Positions 24,945 to 37,013 of a DNA stretch of 64,000 nt are shown piece after piece. Position 1 is the first letter of the stretch; every line of letters begins with the position of its first letter. Position numbers and translations under genes: made by a program. The stretch spans positions 24,428,001 through 24,492,000 of the forward strand of contig OZ336872.1 in the NCBI GenBank assembly GCA_965287045.1, in the 5' to 3' direction. The stretch comes from Carcharhinus amblyrhynchos. Lineage: Eukaryota. The notes under the pieces are model-generated. The model was not told the origin of the DNA and did no database searches. It worked only from the letters and a program-made list of their open reading frames with translations.

Positions 24945-25882
24945 TCTTCCCCTTTTTTTCCAGTGTGGTGCAGAGAGCGAGAAAAATGACATGAAAGCCA
25001 TTGGCTCCAATGGTAGCCTTCTCTACCATTTTGTCATGGAAATATTTGAGGGAAGTTGGGGGGAGGTGGTCCTCGTGACATAATACTGGTGATGTGGGCT
25101 CTGATTAAAGGTACAAAAAGTTAAAAATAGAACCTCTTCCAACCGAACATCAATCCCCCCCTCCCCAGTAGGCACACTGGTTATCACTGCTGCCTCACAG
25201 CTCCAGGAACCCAAGTTCAATTGCCAGTTTGGGTCACTGTCTGTGTGGAATTTGCACATCCTCTCTGTGTCTGCGTGGGTTCCCTCCGGGTGCTCCAGTT
25301 TCCTCCCAACGTCCAAAAATGTGCAGATTAGGTTGATTGGCCATAGTAGCAGAGTAAATGTGTAGGATTACGGGGATAGAGTCTAGGTGGGATTGTTGTT
25401 GGTGCAAGCCTCAATGGGCCGAATGGCCTCATCCTGTACTGAAGGGATTCTATGATTCTATAAATACTCATCCCCAAAGGGACAGTGCTCAGGGGCAGTG
25501 CCAGGGGGCAACAGCCAAACATGACCCTTTCCCACTGAGCAATGTACTCACCTGAACTCCTCTGGCAGGTTCTGATGGCCAGGAGCACACCCTGGGAGAG
25601 GTGTGGTGATTCACGTTGGTCTGCCTTCACGCCGATGTGAATATATTCTGTAATTGGTGGAAACTATCATATGTAGAGGCCTGAAAATCACGTGTAAATG
25701 TATTCTAATTGGGATCCCAGCCTTACGTCATTGGTATGGGGTGGGGACAAGCGGAGTGGTAAACTTCACAGCGTAAATCATGCTTTCGGTCACTCGTGAG
25801 ATTTTTTGTTGCTGCCATCAATCCACCCAAAAACCCAGCGAGTGGACTGAACGAATGAAACAGTGAGCGAAATTTTACCATG
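24945..25882. mobile_element. Degraded non-autonomous DNA transposon (Harbinger-like TIR family), interrupted by a SINE
   Basis: gagtggaatcttccc ... aaattttacc termini; internal GC-rich segments resemble 27958-29013. Confidence 0.5.
25168..25461 (+). mobile_element. V-SINE, tail type A
   Basis: Head, V-domain, ggattctatgattctat tail. Confidence 0.9.
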
Positions 25883-25925
25883 CTTTTTCAAAGCATCAGG
25901 CTCTGACTGAAAGCTGGAGAATACA

Positions 25926-26246
25926 GTGGCACAGTGGTTCGCACAGCTGCCTCACAGCACCGGGGACCCATGCTCGATTCCCAGCTTGGGTCGCTGTCAG
26001 TGTGGAGCTTGCACATTCCCCCCGTGTCTGCGTGGGTTTTCTTTGCGCACTCCAGTTTCCTCCCACAGTCCAAAAGATGTGTAGGTTAGGTGGATTGGCC
26101 ATGCCAGATTTCCCCTTAGTGTCGGGGGAACCAGTGAGGGTAAATGCACGGGTGTATGGGGTAGAGTCTGGATGGGATTGTGACGAGTGCAGACTCGATG
26201 GGCTGAATGGCCTCCTTCTGCACTGTAGGATTCTATGATTCTATGA
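25926..26246 (+). mobile_element. V-SINE, tail type A
   Basis: Head, V-domain, gcactgtaggattctatgattctatga tail. Confidence 0.9.
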
Positions 26247-26825
26247 AAACCAATATGCAATTCACCAACTGCACAGCCAAGCATTTAGTTCAGTTCTTCA
26301 GCAGTGTTTACTCAATCATCTGGCAGGGCAGAGCCGAGAAAGCTCGCTCCACTGAAATTGGGGTCCTATCTTTAAAGGGTGTCCCAACCAGCACAGAAAC
26401 TGTCCCACTCCCCTCTCCCCTCATTTATATGTTGGGACCTCCCTGGCACGCAGGTGTCTACCTGCGCCGGGGGCATTTCCAGATTCTCTTGTATTTTCTG
26501 CCCAGGCTGGAAATTGGTCCCTCATTCACTCCCAGTGGAAGTGAAGTCCACATTCTCATCACTGTCCAGGTAGAGAAGTTATTTCTGAATTCCCCAAGGT
26601 TCATGTATAGGGTAGTGTATAAATGTGGTTAATATCATTTACCACAGTGCCTCCCCTGTGGTTTGCTTCAGGTGGATAATGCAGAGAACATTTTCAAAGT
26701 GATTCCTTTCTTAATCACCACTCCTACATGATAGATGACATTGAACACAATCATCTGTCCACAACTGCACTGATTTCAGTTGGCGATTTTCTTTATGCTC
26801 CTCTTCAGATCTGGAAAGAAATTTA

Positions 26826-27640
26826 GCTGATTCCTGGGATGGCAGGTCTGTCATATGAGGAGAGATGAAGTCAGTTAGGATTATAATCACTGGAGTTTAG
26901 AAGAGTGAGAGGGGGTCTCATAGAAACTTATAAAATTCTAACAGGTTTAGACTGGGTAGATTCAGAAAGAATGCATCCAATGGTGGGGGCATCCAGAATA
27001 AGGGAACACAGTTTGAGGATAATGGGTAAACCTTTTAGGACTAAGGTGAGGAGAAATTTCTTCACCCAGAGAATGGTGAAGCTGTGGAAATCATTACCAC
27101 AAAATGTAGTTGAGGTGGCACGGTAGCATGGTGGTGAGCACTGCTGATTCACAGCTCCAGGCACCCGGGTTCAATTCCCAGCTTGGGTCACTGTGTTTGT
27201 GGAGTTTGCACATTCTCCTTGTGTCTGCATGGGTTTCCTCTGGGTGCTCAGGTTTCCTCCCACAGTCCAAAAATGTGCAGGTTAGGTTGATTGCCATTCT
27301 AAAAATTGCCCCTTAGAATTCTGAGATGCGTAGGTTAGAGGGGTTAACGGGTAAATATGTAGGGAAATGGGGGTAGGGCCTGGGTGGGATTGCGGTCAGT
27401 GCAGACTCGATGGGCCGAATGGCCTCCTTCTGCACTGTAGGGTTCTATGACTTCTTCTATGACTTGAAAACATTGTGGGATTTCAATAGAAATTAGATAA
27501 AGCCCTTGGAGCCAACTGGATCAAGGGATAAAGGGGAATCAGGATATTAAATTTGATGATCAGCCATGATCAAAATGAATGGAGGAGAAGGCTTGAAGGG
27601 CTGAACGTTTACTCCTGATTCTATTTTCTACGTATGTTTC
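26826..27640 (+). mobile_element. CR1 3' fragment split by V-SINE 27115-27463
   Basis: RGGLIETYKILTGLD...RRNFFTQRMVKLWKSLP; the tail resumes after the SINE. Confidence 0.88.
27115..27463 (+). mobile_element. V-SINE, tail type A
   Basis: Head, V-domain, gcagactcgatgggccgaatggcctccttctgcactgtagggttctatga. Confidence 0.9.
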
Positions 27641-27957
27641 TAGGATTCACAACTAAATATTGCCAGATGTAACATATTTAGGATGGAAAGGGAAGGAAGG
27701 TGGGTAGGTGAAGTAACTGTTTGAGTTAAAGATGACACAATGGTGGCAGAAAGAAAGAATACGACTGACGGTAATCCACATGGGTTAAGGCAAAAGAGAA
27801 AATATATCACTGTAATGGCGGAAGGAAATTGGAAGAAAAAATGCAAATCCACAAGGTAAGTAGCAGATGGAGAAAATCTTGAAAAACAAAAAAGACAGAA
27901 AAGAAATAGGGAAGCTTTAAAAATTAATCATTGGAGTTCAGGAAAAGAAAAGACTAA

Positions 27958-29013
27958 GGGGGTGATTTTCCCATTCTGCTGTTAATCTCCAAGTGCCAGA
28001 TATCCGAGACCACGCTGGAAACTGGCAGGAATAGCAGGTAAGTTACCTTAATCTAGTTTTAATTTTATTTTATTGTGATTAATGCACCCGGGACTGAAGT
28101 CTCTGGGCCCACGAGCATCTCCCAACCCGCCACTACAGTTTCACTCCGGCAGGGTTCAGACTAGCTCCCCACTTTCGGGGAAGTAGCGGGAGACCCCGCT
28201 GGAGTGAATTGGGGGCAATGGGGGCCCCCATGGGGTCAGGCGGTGGGCAGTAGTGCCCGCTGGGCCTGGACGCCCTAGCAGTGCCAGCCTGTACCACCTG
28301 GGGGAAAGTGTCCATGCTCAGGGCACAGGGCAGTGGCAAGGGGCGGGGTCTAGGAAGCAGTGCCTTGGGGCGGGGCCTCTGGGACGGGGTCTAGGGAACG
28401 ATCGGTGGGGGTGGAGGGTTCCGCTGTCTGCTGTCACTCTGCATTGGGATCGTTTGGGGCTGGAGGAAGGCCAGCGAGCGGAGTGGTGTTGGAGGGATGG
28501 GCTGCTGGGGGAGACCTGCCTCCCATGGGAGCGGTCTGCTGGGGGGAGATCTGCCGGAGGTTGGGGTGTCTGCTGGGGTTGGGGTTCGGCTGGGGAGGGG
28601 ATCATCACTGTCACTGCTGGGTGGGGGGTGGGGGGGATGGTGGGCTGAAGATTGGGATGCTCCTGGATGGGGAGGAGGGGCCAGAGCTGGCCCGCGAATG
28701 CTCATGGAAGCCACGATCGGGCTGTGGGGGCTGCTGGAGGTACAGCACTGTGAGGGTCCCAGGTTGGGCAGTGGTTGAGCTGGCCAGCTGACAGTTCGGG
28801 GCTACTGCACATGCGCAGAGTTCCAGAACAGTCAGCCTCCAGTGTGAACAGGCCCCACCCCCTGAACTTTTAATGATATTCACAATTATGACCTTTGCGT
28901 TGCACAGAGTGCGGGGTGTTTGAGTCTGAACTCCCACTGATAAAACAATCGTGATTTACACCAGTTTTCCCATCAATTCAGCACTTAGAACTTTTTTTGG
29001 GAGAATCGCCCCT
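27958..29013. mobile_element. Non-autonomous DNA transposon, PIF/Harbinger-like
   Basis: TIRs gggggtgattttccca / tgggagaatcgcccct; TAA on both flanks (27955-27957, 29014-29016); G-rich interior. Confidence 0.8.
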
Positions 29014-29435
29014 TAAAAGTCAAAAACAATTCAACTAATTGGGTGGCAGCATGAGTGAATAAAGAACTAGAAGCAAATGGTATCCAGGTAAATAGGCATA
29101 TAAGAAGAATCCTCAAAGATCCTAAAAGAAAGGGCATAAGGGAACTTGGACAATTTTGGAGAGAAGTTGAAAACAATCAAGAAAGCAATGAGAAACTGTG
29201 TCATGAAAAGTAAAGAAAAATAGTCATAGAGTCATCGGGTTTACAGCATGGAAACAGGCCCTTCTGCCCAAGTAAATGATACTAGGAAAATGAAAGTAGA
29301 GGTTGAACCATTAAAGGGTGAGCAAGATAAATTCACAGATAACAGCAGAGAATTTGCATTAATATTGAATAACTTCTTTGCCTCTGTTTTTACTAACAAA
29401 GATAGCAAAATACTTCGCTAGAAAATGAACTTTTT

Positions 29436-29763
29436 ATTCTATTTATTTGTGAGACATGGGCGTTGCTGGCTAGCCAGCATTTATTGCCCAACCCTAGTTG
29501 CCCAAGAGCAGTTGAGAGCCGACCACATTGTTGTGGCTCTGGAGTCAAATGTAGGCCAGGCCAGGTAAGGGTGGCAGATTTCCTTCCCTAAAGGATGTTT
29601 CTGACAATTGACAATGGTTTCATGATCATCAGTAGTTTCTTAATTCCAGATACTTTTTACTGAATTCAAATTCCACCATCTGCTGTGGGGGGATTTGAAC
29701 CTGGAATATTAGCTGAGTTTCTTGATGAATAACCTAGCAGTAATAGCACTAGGCCGCTGCCTC
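29436..29763 (-). mobile_element. tRNA-derived SINE, same family as 1674-2080
   Basis: gctggctagccagcatttattgcccaaccctag... through ...taatagcactaggccgctgcc. Confidence 0.85.
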
Positions 29764-30281
29764 AACATCTTCCTAAAGGCAATGTTAATACAGTTGGGGC
29801 AGAAGGGGGAGAAGAATTGACAAACCAGTAAAACTAAAAGAGGATAAAATCCCAGGTCAGGGTGGTATGCACCCATGCATATTCAAGAAAACTTAGCAGC
29901 AGATATCAGAGGCAATAGTCCATATACATTAAGGTTCCATAGAAGAGGGAATAGTGCCAGAGCACTGACAGATGGTTAATATTGTTCCTCTATAGAAAAA
30001 TGATATAGAACAAAAGACGGGAAATATAAAATAGTCAGCTTAACTCTAGTGATAGGAAAAATATTGGAATCTATATAATAGAAGAATCAATTAGGGACGA
30101 AAAAAATGAACAATTGTCAGTATTGATTGTAAACAGCTAAATCATGCTTAACTAGGGCTGAGCTAATGGAAGAGAAGCCAAGGGTAATGTTATAGATGTC
30201 AGGTTGTGGCTCTTTTCTTTTCAAGGGGTGACCTAAAGGAGGTATTTAAAATGATGGAAGATTTTGATAGAGTAGACACGA

Positions 30282-30753
30282 AGGGCAGAATTTAATTCCT
30301 TTCCCCGAGGCAAGTTTGCTGGTGGGGGCATTAAATCAGGCAGGAGGGTGTTATGTTATCCTCTCGCCCTTACCCCAATTAAATCCATGGTGAGAAAGTT
30401 TGGGGTTGCCCTTCCTGGCCCATTGCTAATTGAGGCCACTGAAGGGTCTCACCCACCTCCAGGCAGCAGCAGGCACGAAAGCCACAATGCAGGGAGGATG
30501 AAGAGCAAACCCTGTTGAGATTTCTTTGCGATTCCAGGGCAGGGAGCCTCATTCAAAGGCATTCAGTGGCTGATAAAGATACCTGGCATTGGATTGAGAG
30601 CCCTGCTGAGAGCCACCCCCTCTCATCCTTGTTGGCCATCATTCCTGACTGGCATTTAATACAGTGTACCTTCCTGAAAAGAGGCAAAGCTGGGTTTTCC
30701 CCAGCTCACCATCCAGCAAGCAAGACTCCCGTCACCAACATTAAATTCTGCCC
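30282..30753. mobile_element. MITE with TIR gggcagaattt...aaattctgccc
   Basis: Perfect short TIRs; internal similarity to 61061-61696. Confidence 0.75.
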
Positions 30754-30989
30754 AGAGAATATATGTTTCTATTTGTGGAGAAGAACAAAACTAGAACCAA
30801 GCACCATATGATAGCTAGCAAGAAAACACAGAGAATTCAGAAATGCCTTTACCCAGAGAGTGGTGAGAATGTGGAACTTGCTCTCACAGGGAGTAGTCAA
30901 AGAAAATAGTATAGATGTTGTTAAGGGGAGGATGGATAAGTATAAGACAGAGAAAGGAATAGAGGGTTATGCTGATTGAACATAGTAAG

Positions 30990-31405
30990 TATGAGCTGGA
31001 GTAGACCATATGGGTCCTTGAGTTTGTTCCGCATTCAATCATGGCTAATCGTGTCTTCACTTTCCCAACAATTCTCCATATCCAACGATCCTTTAGAAAT
31101 AAATAAGTCTGCCTCGAATATGTCCACTGGATGGAGCACCTACAATCCTTGCATATTTCATAGATTCACAGACTCTGAATGAAGACATTTCTCCTCATCT
31201 CACTTCTAAATGATCAGTCCTTCCACTGACGCTGTGCCCCCATGTTTACAATTCCCTAACCAGGAGAGATAACCTCTCAGTATCCATCTTGTCAATCATC
31301 TTCAGAATCTTGTATGTCTCAATGCGATCACCTCTCATTCTTCTAAACTTCAGAGAACGTAAACCTAATTTACTTGGTCTCTCAACGCAGGATCCTCTCA
31401 TCTGA
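30990..31405 (-). mobile_element. CR1 3' fragment
   Basis: Reverse complement of CR1 3' end (cttcagaatcttgtatgtctcaatgcgatcacctctcattcttctaaac). Confidence 0.8.
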
Positions 31406-32056
31406 GAAAACTTTAGCTATCCATGAACCTTCAAGTTAGATCATTAAGGATGGAGGAAGACTGAAGTGTAACTGCCAGCATCAACTATTTGCTCTGAAGG
31501 ACATGTTTCTGTGCTCCGTATTCCATATAATTGTATGTATGAAGAGAGGTCTCTTTATGAATGTGGTATTACATTTCTAAAGGTTTAATTTTTTTGTTCT
31601 ATGTTGCCAAGTGGGGCTTACACAATACATTCATCCTTTCTGCCTCCTCCTCAGATAATTTGTGCTTGTGATAAGTCAAAGGGGGAATGTCCATCAATCC
31701 CAAAATAATGTTCCCTCCACCTCCTGAACCTTTCTTCTCGATTCTTAAGGCCTGATCAATAATGTTGTTAATTCCTCATTTGGCAATGTTCATTCTTCAG
31801 CCACGTTGATCAATAAATGACTGCCCTATTCTCCACAGTCTCATTCCAGTTGTTTAAAAAGCTCATAATTTCATTTTGTGGCTACTTGCTGGCTTTATTA
31901 TTTATGCTGCTAAATTAGATGGCTCAATGGATGGAAATTAAAGCAGCCATTTTATTAAGCTTCAATAAACCACAAAATGGATGGTTACATCAGCGAGACC
32001 TAATAACTTTTTTAAAAAGCTAGTGTCATGCTCAATTAACCCCCAGTGGACACATT

Positions 32057-32176
32057 GGGTGGGATTTTACGTCCTCGCTCGAGTGGGGCTCCCACCCGAG
32101 GTCAACAGAGATTTTCATTGTCAGACCCTTGCCTGCTCCGATTGTGTGGCAGGCAAGGTGGCAGAGTTCCAGCCTT
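32057..32176. mobile_element. Short MITE
   Basis: gggtgggattttac...agagttccagcc; related to 6674-6784 and 54484-54597. Confidence 0.6.
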
Positions 32177-32877
32177 AAGTCTTAAATTGGCAATCTCTTT
32201 TGCACAGTTAGTACAATCTGTTGTTTTAAGATTGTGGTTTACTAAATTTGAATTATTCCTCATACACAGCCAGCTAAATGAATTATCGTTTAGTTCCCGA
32301 CCTTAAAAGACATTCATAAATTTGGCCTGCATCAGATTAAAGATTGATGCCCAACTTTCTCACTTTGCAAACTTGGATCAAGTCTGCACTCAGTTTTCAT
32401 TTAAACTTTACCCCAAAATCTCTGTGATTTTGCCTTTGTGGACTGTTCCATAAAGATGTTTACACATTATTGCCGATTTTTTGAAACAGAGGTTGCACCG
32501 AATGTTTCAGAAAGAGTCACAAATCATTTCTCAACCTGCATTCTATTTTTTTAATAGGCCATAACCATTTGATCAAGGTTCATAAAAAAATTCCAAACTA
32601 TAGATATACATAGAGATACACTCTTAAGGAATTCCCATCAAACTAGCCAAGGCTTTACATGTTTTTTTTCCTTCTGCTATGGGATTACTACATTAGCAAG
32701 ATCATGCCATAGTTCTAGTTCTCCCAGAGCAAAATGTCAACCAAGTAGTAAGATAAAAGGACCTCTGTCAGATTTTCATAGTGGAGGACTAGGAGTTACA
32801 ACGTAGACCTCATGCTACCCATTTTACAATAAAGGACAGATTTAGGCACAATTGTCTTGCACTTCAAGAGACCGTAA

Positions 32878-33952
32878 GTGGGGGTCAATGGGTACTATTC
32901 GGATTGGCGGTTGGTGACTAGTGGGGTGCCCCAGGGGTCGGTGCTGGGGCCTCAGCTATTTACCATTTATATAGATGATCTGGAGGAGGGAACCGAGTGT
33001 AGGGTGTCGAAATTTGCTGATGACACCAAGATTGGTGGAACGGCAAATTGCGCGGAGGGTGTGGAGAGTCTGCAGAAGGATCTAGATAGGCTGGGCGAAT
33101 GGGCCAGGAACTGGCAAATGGAATTTAATGTTGGCAAGTGTGAGGTGGTCCACTTTGGTAGGAATAATGGTAGGAAGGATTATTACTTACGTGGAGAAAA
33201 ACTGCAGCAGGCAACGGTGCAGAGGGACCTCGGGGTCCTTGTGCATGAGTCACAAAAACCCAGCTTGCAGGTGCAGCAGGTAGTCAGGAAGGCAAATGGG
33301 ATGCTGGCCTTCATAGCGAGGGGGATTGAATATAAAAGTAGGGAGGTCTTGCTGCGGCTGTATAGGGCATTGGTGTGGCCGCAGCTGGAGTACTGTGTGC
33401 AGTTTTGGGCGCCGTACTTACGCAAGGATATTTTGGCCTTGGAGGGAGTGCAGAGGAGGTTTACTAGGCTGATGCCGGAGTTGAGGGGGTTGAGCTATGA
33501 GGAGAGGCTGAATAAACTAGGCTTGTACTCGTTAGAGTTTAGAAGAGTGAGGGGAGATCTCATTGAGACATATAAGATGATGAATGGGATGGATAGGATA
33601 GAGGTGGAGAGACTCTTCCCGCTCAGAAAGGACAGTAGGACTAGGGGACACAGCCTCAAGATAAAGGGGGGGCGGTTTAGAACGGAGTTGAGGAGGAACT
33701 TCTTCACTCAAAGGATGGTGAATCTCTGGAATTCTCTGCCCGTTGAAGTGGTGGAGGCTACCTCGCTAAATATTTTTAAGACGCGGGCTGATGGGTTTTT
33801 GATAAGAGAGGGGATTAAGGGTTATGGGGAGAGGGCGGGAATGTGGAACTGAGCCACGACAGATCAGCCATGATCTTATTGAATGGCGGGGCAGGCTCGA
33901 AGGGCTAGATGGCCTACTCCTGCTCCTATTTCTTATGTTCTTATGTTCTTAT
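32878..33952 (+). mobile_element. Young 5'-truncated CR1 with uninterrupted 324-codon ORF2 C-terminus
   Basis: ORF 32878-33852; near-identical to 19898-20967; TSD gtaa; (tcttatgt)3 tail. Confidence 0.97.
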
Positions 33953-34277
33953 GTAAATGCAGAGGTAAGACATTTTTCAGCACTCTCTCATATGTGCCTC
34001 AGAGAGCTGATTAAGTTTCTTGCATGTGTAACTGAGGGACCCACGATCTGATTTAGGACCCTTTGCAAAAATTGGATTGCAATAAGAATTCTTCAGCTGC
34101 TGCAGTAAAGACAAGTACCAAGGGAAGGTTTTAATAATAAAAAATATTGTTTTGGGGCTTGGAACTCTCCTCCATGTCCCTGTTTTTGCCATTGCTCCCT
34201 CCGATTCTCAGGGCTTCCTTTAGCATCACAGCTGGTGAAGTAAGTGGCCTGATATTTATCGATGGAAAATGGCAAAT

Positions 34278-34775
34278 GATGTGGAGATACCAGCGTTGGA
34301 CTGGGGTAGGTACAGTAAGAAGTCTCACAACACCAGGTTAAAAGTCCAATAGGTTTATTTGGAATCATGAGCTTTCAGAGCACTGCTCTTTCATCAGGTG
34401 AGTGGAGAGGTAGGTTTCACAAACATGACAGCCAAATTCTGCGTGCATGAGGACGGCCTAAATGGGATCTTGGGTTTATGTCATGCTGCATGTAACCACC
34501 ACCATTTGGCCTGGGTTTGCAAAGTTCTACTAAGTATCCTGGCTTGAAACAATTCACACCTCTTTAACCTGTAATTATCCCTCTCTCCACTCACAGTGTC
34601 TGTACCTGTAAAGGCTTAATTACCCGAAAAGACTTGCATTCCAACCATTATCTTGCTATTGTGTCTTTGTCTATATATGCCATGTTTGTGAATCCTAGTT
34701 CTCCACTTACCTGATGAAGAAGCAGCACTCCAAAAGCTCATGATTCCAAATACCTGGTGTTACAAGACTTCTTAT
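34278..34775 (+). mobile_element. Penelope-like element 3' end with inverted pseudo-LTR
   Basis: 34431-34496 reads AKFCVHEDGLNGDLGFMSCCM*, the end of a Penelope GIY-YIG ORF. 34315-34427 is an inverted copy of 34680-34775. Hammerhead-like motifs occur in both arms. Confidence 0.85.
34364..34402 (-). ncRNA. Minimal type-I hammerhead ribozyme motif
   Basis: Minus strand tcac-CTGATGA-a-agagc-agt-gctct-GAAA-gc-TC-atga: intact core, 5-bp stem II, palindromic AGCT stem III. Confidence 0.6.
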
Positions 34776-35239
34776 GATGTAAAACAGGTAAGCTGTCTGT
34801 ATAACTATCCTAGCCCTGTGTCAGCTCATCATGAAGCCCAGTATGTGCTGATGGCCTGCATCCTGAAGTAGGATATAACCAATTTTTAGTCCCAAGTGCA
34901 TTATACAAAAGGAGCTAAAGTGTCAATCACAAGGAGATGGCAGTTTTGGCCTGAAAGAGATGGAATTCTTTGAACTGTCAGTTTGGGATCAGTTGAAGCC
35001 CTGACCTCTTCAGGATGAGAAGGATCTGAATTATGATTGAGTACAAAATAACCAATCTCCTGAAGATATTATTAGTGAAAAGCAAATGTGTGCAAGAGAT
35101 GCCTCAGCTCATTGTTTTAGGATTGTTGAACAGGTAATTGAGTTGATGGGTTAGGTTCTTTCCATTTAAAACAAATGTTGATAATAGGTATCCTATTCAG
35201 TTGTAGCTTCAGAATTGTAATAAAATTGCAATTATTTTG

Positions 35240-35563
35240 TGGGCAGCATGGTGGCACAGTGTTTAGCATTGCTGCCTCACAGCACCAGGGATCTGGGTTC
35301 GATTCCTGGCTTGGGTCACTGTCTGTGTGGAGTTTGCACATTCTCCTCACATCTGCGTGGGTTTCCTCCAGGTGATCTGGCTTCTGTCCACAATCTAAAA
35401 ATGTGTGGGTTAGATGGATTAGCCATACTAAATTGCCCCTTAGTGTCAGGCCGACTAGTTACGATAAATACGTGCGGTTACGGGGATAGGGCCTGAGTGG
35501 GATTGTGGTCGGTGCAAACACAATGGCGAAATGGCCTCCTTCTGCACTGTAGGATTCTATGAT
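35240..35563 (+). mobile_element. V-SINE, tail type A
   Basis: Head gggcagcatggtggcacagtg, V-domain, aggattctatgatt tail. Confidence 0.9.
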
Positions 35564-36281
35564 TGGAAAGGGTAATAATTGCAACAGGGATTCCATTAAA
35601 GGATGCTACGTGGTTGACACAATAAATTAAAAAGTCAGGAAAGAATTGCAACTTGTTTCTGTGGTAAGCTGGATTGATTGGTCTGAAACAGAACCGTGCA
35701 GTAACAGACACTAAGACATGGCACATCTCCAGCAAAGCAGTTCATGTGTTCACCATAAATCACATATACTGTCTCATTCCAGGTGTACACAGGCCTTATA
35801 AGAAATACGTGATAAAATTTATATTTGTGAATGCAACCCCATCAAAAAACTAACTGTTGTAGGTCTTTTTACAGGAGTGCAAAAGCCAGGTTTGGTTTAG
35901 ATGTTTGGTTTAATTGAACTGAAAAACCCTAGAGGTAAGAATTTCGCTTCTACACTCACCTGCCCATCTTTTTCCTTCTGTTGCCGTTTAAGCCAGAACT
36001 TTGAAATAATGATTTTGTATTTCAAAATGGATCAAGTGCAAGTTTGTCACTTGCGCAAAGTACGTTGTGGTTTTCATTGTTTCCTCAGAGTCCAAAGATT
36101 TTGAGTTCACGCCCTTTTTCAGAGAGTTGAGCGCATGATCTAGGCTGACACTATGGTGCTGTAATGAGGGAGTGCTGCATTGTTAGAAGATGTAGGCTTT
36201 TGGAATAAGTTGAGGCCCTATCTTCCCACTGAGGTGGAAGTAAAAATTCCATCTTAATATTTCAAAGAGGGGTACAGGAGT

Positions 36282-36870
36282 TAGAAACCATAGAAAATTA
36301 CAGCTCAGAAACAGGCCTTTTGGCCCTTGTCTGTGCCGAACCATTTTTTTGCCTAGTCCCACTGACCTGCACTTGGACCATATCCCTCCACACCCCTCTT
36401 ATCCATAAACACATCCAAGTTTTTCTTAAATGTTAAAAGTGACCCCACATTTACCACTTTATCCGGCAGCTCATTCCACACTCCCACCACTCTCTGTGTG
36501 AAGAAGCCCCCCCCACCCTCTACTATTCCCTTTAAACTTTTCCCCCTTCACCCTTAACCCATGCCTTCTGGTTTTTAACCCATGCCTCAGTGGAAAAAGC
36601 CTGCTTGCATTCACTCTATCTATACCCATCACAATCTTATACAACTCTATCAAATCTCCCCTCATTCTTCTACGCTTCAAGGAATAAAGTCCTAACCTGT
36701 TCAATCTCTCTCTGTAACTCAGCTTCTCAAGTCCCAGCAACATCCTTGTGAACCTTCTCTGCACTCTTTTGACCTTATTTACATCCTTCCTGTAACTAGG
36801 TGACCAAAACTGTACACAATACTCTAAATTTGGCCTCACCAATGCCTTATACAACCTTACCATAACATTC
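36282..36870 (-). mobile_element. CR1 3' fragment
   Basis: ORF 36471-36863 LYKALVRPNLEYCVQFWSP...RGDLIELYK; tail tttctatggtttcta. Confidence 0.92.
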
Positions 36871-36915
36871 TAACCATACTCATTCTCCCCAATGTCCTGG
36901 TTAATATTTGATCTT

Positions 36916-37013
36916 CATTCAATGCTCAAAGATATGGGGTGGATTTTTCCCATCCCACCCACCACAGGCAGGACACGGACCATACATGCAGGTGTGATCA
37001 GGAAATCCCGCCC
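36916..37013. mobile_element. Short MITE
   Basis: ggggtggatttttcc...ggaaatcccgccc TIRs. Confidence 0.65.

Larger units (their letters stand above)
27645..31530 (+). mobile_element. Very old fragmented CR1 with multiple nested insertions
   Basis: Endonuclease remnant (LNIARCNIFRMERE), LNNFFASVF, PGQGGMHP and 3' motifs, separated by MITE, SINE and CR1 inserts. Confidence 0.65.

Noticed and set aside
28133-28937. GC-rich cluster of overlapping ORFs or CpG-island promoter
   Set aside because: Lies inside a TIR/TSD-bounded DNA transposon; the ORFs arise from low stop frequency.
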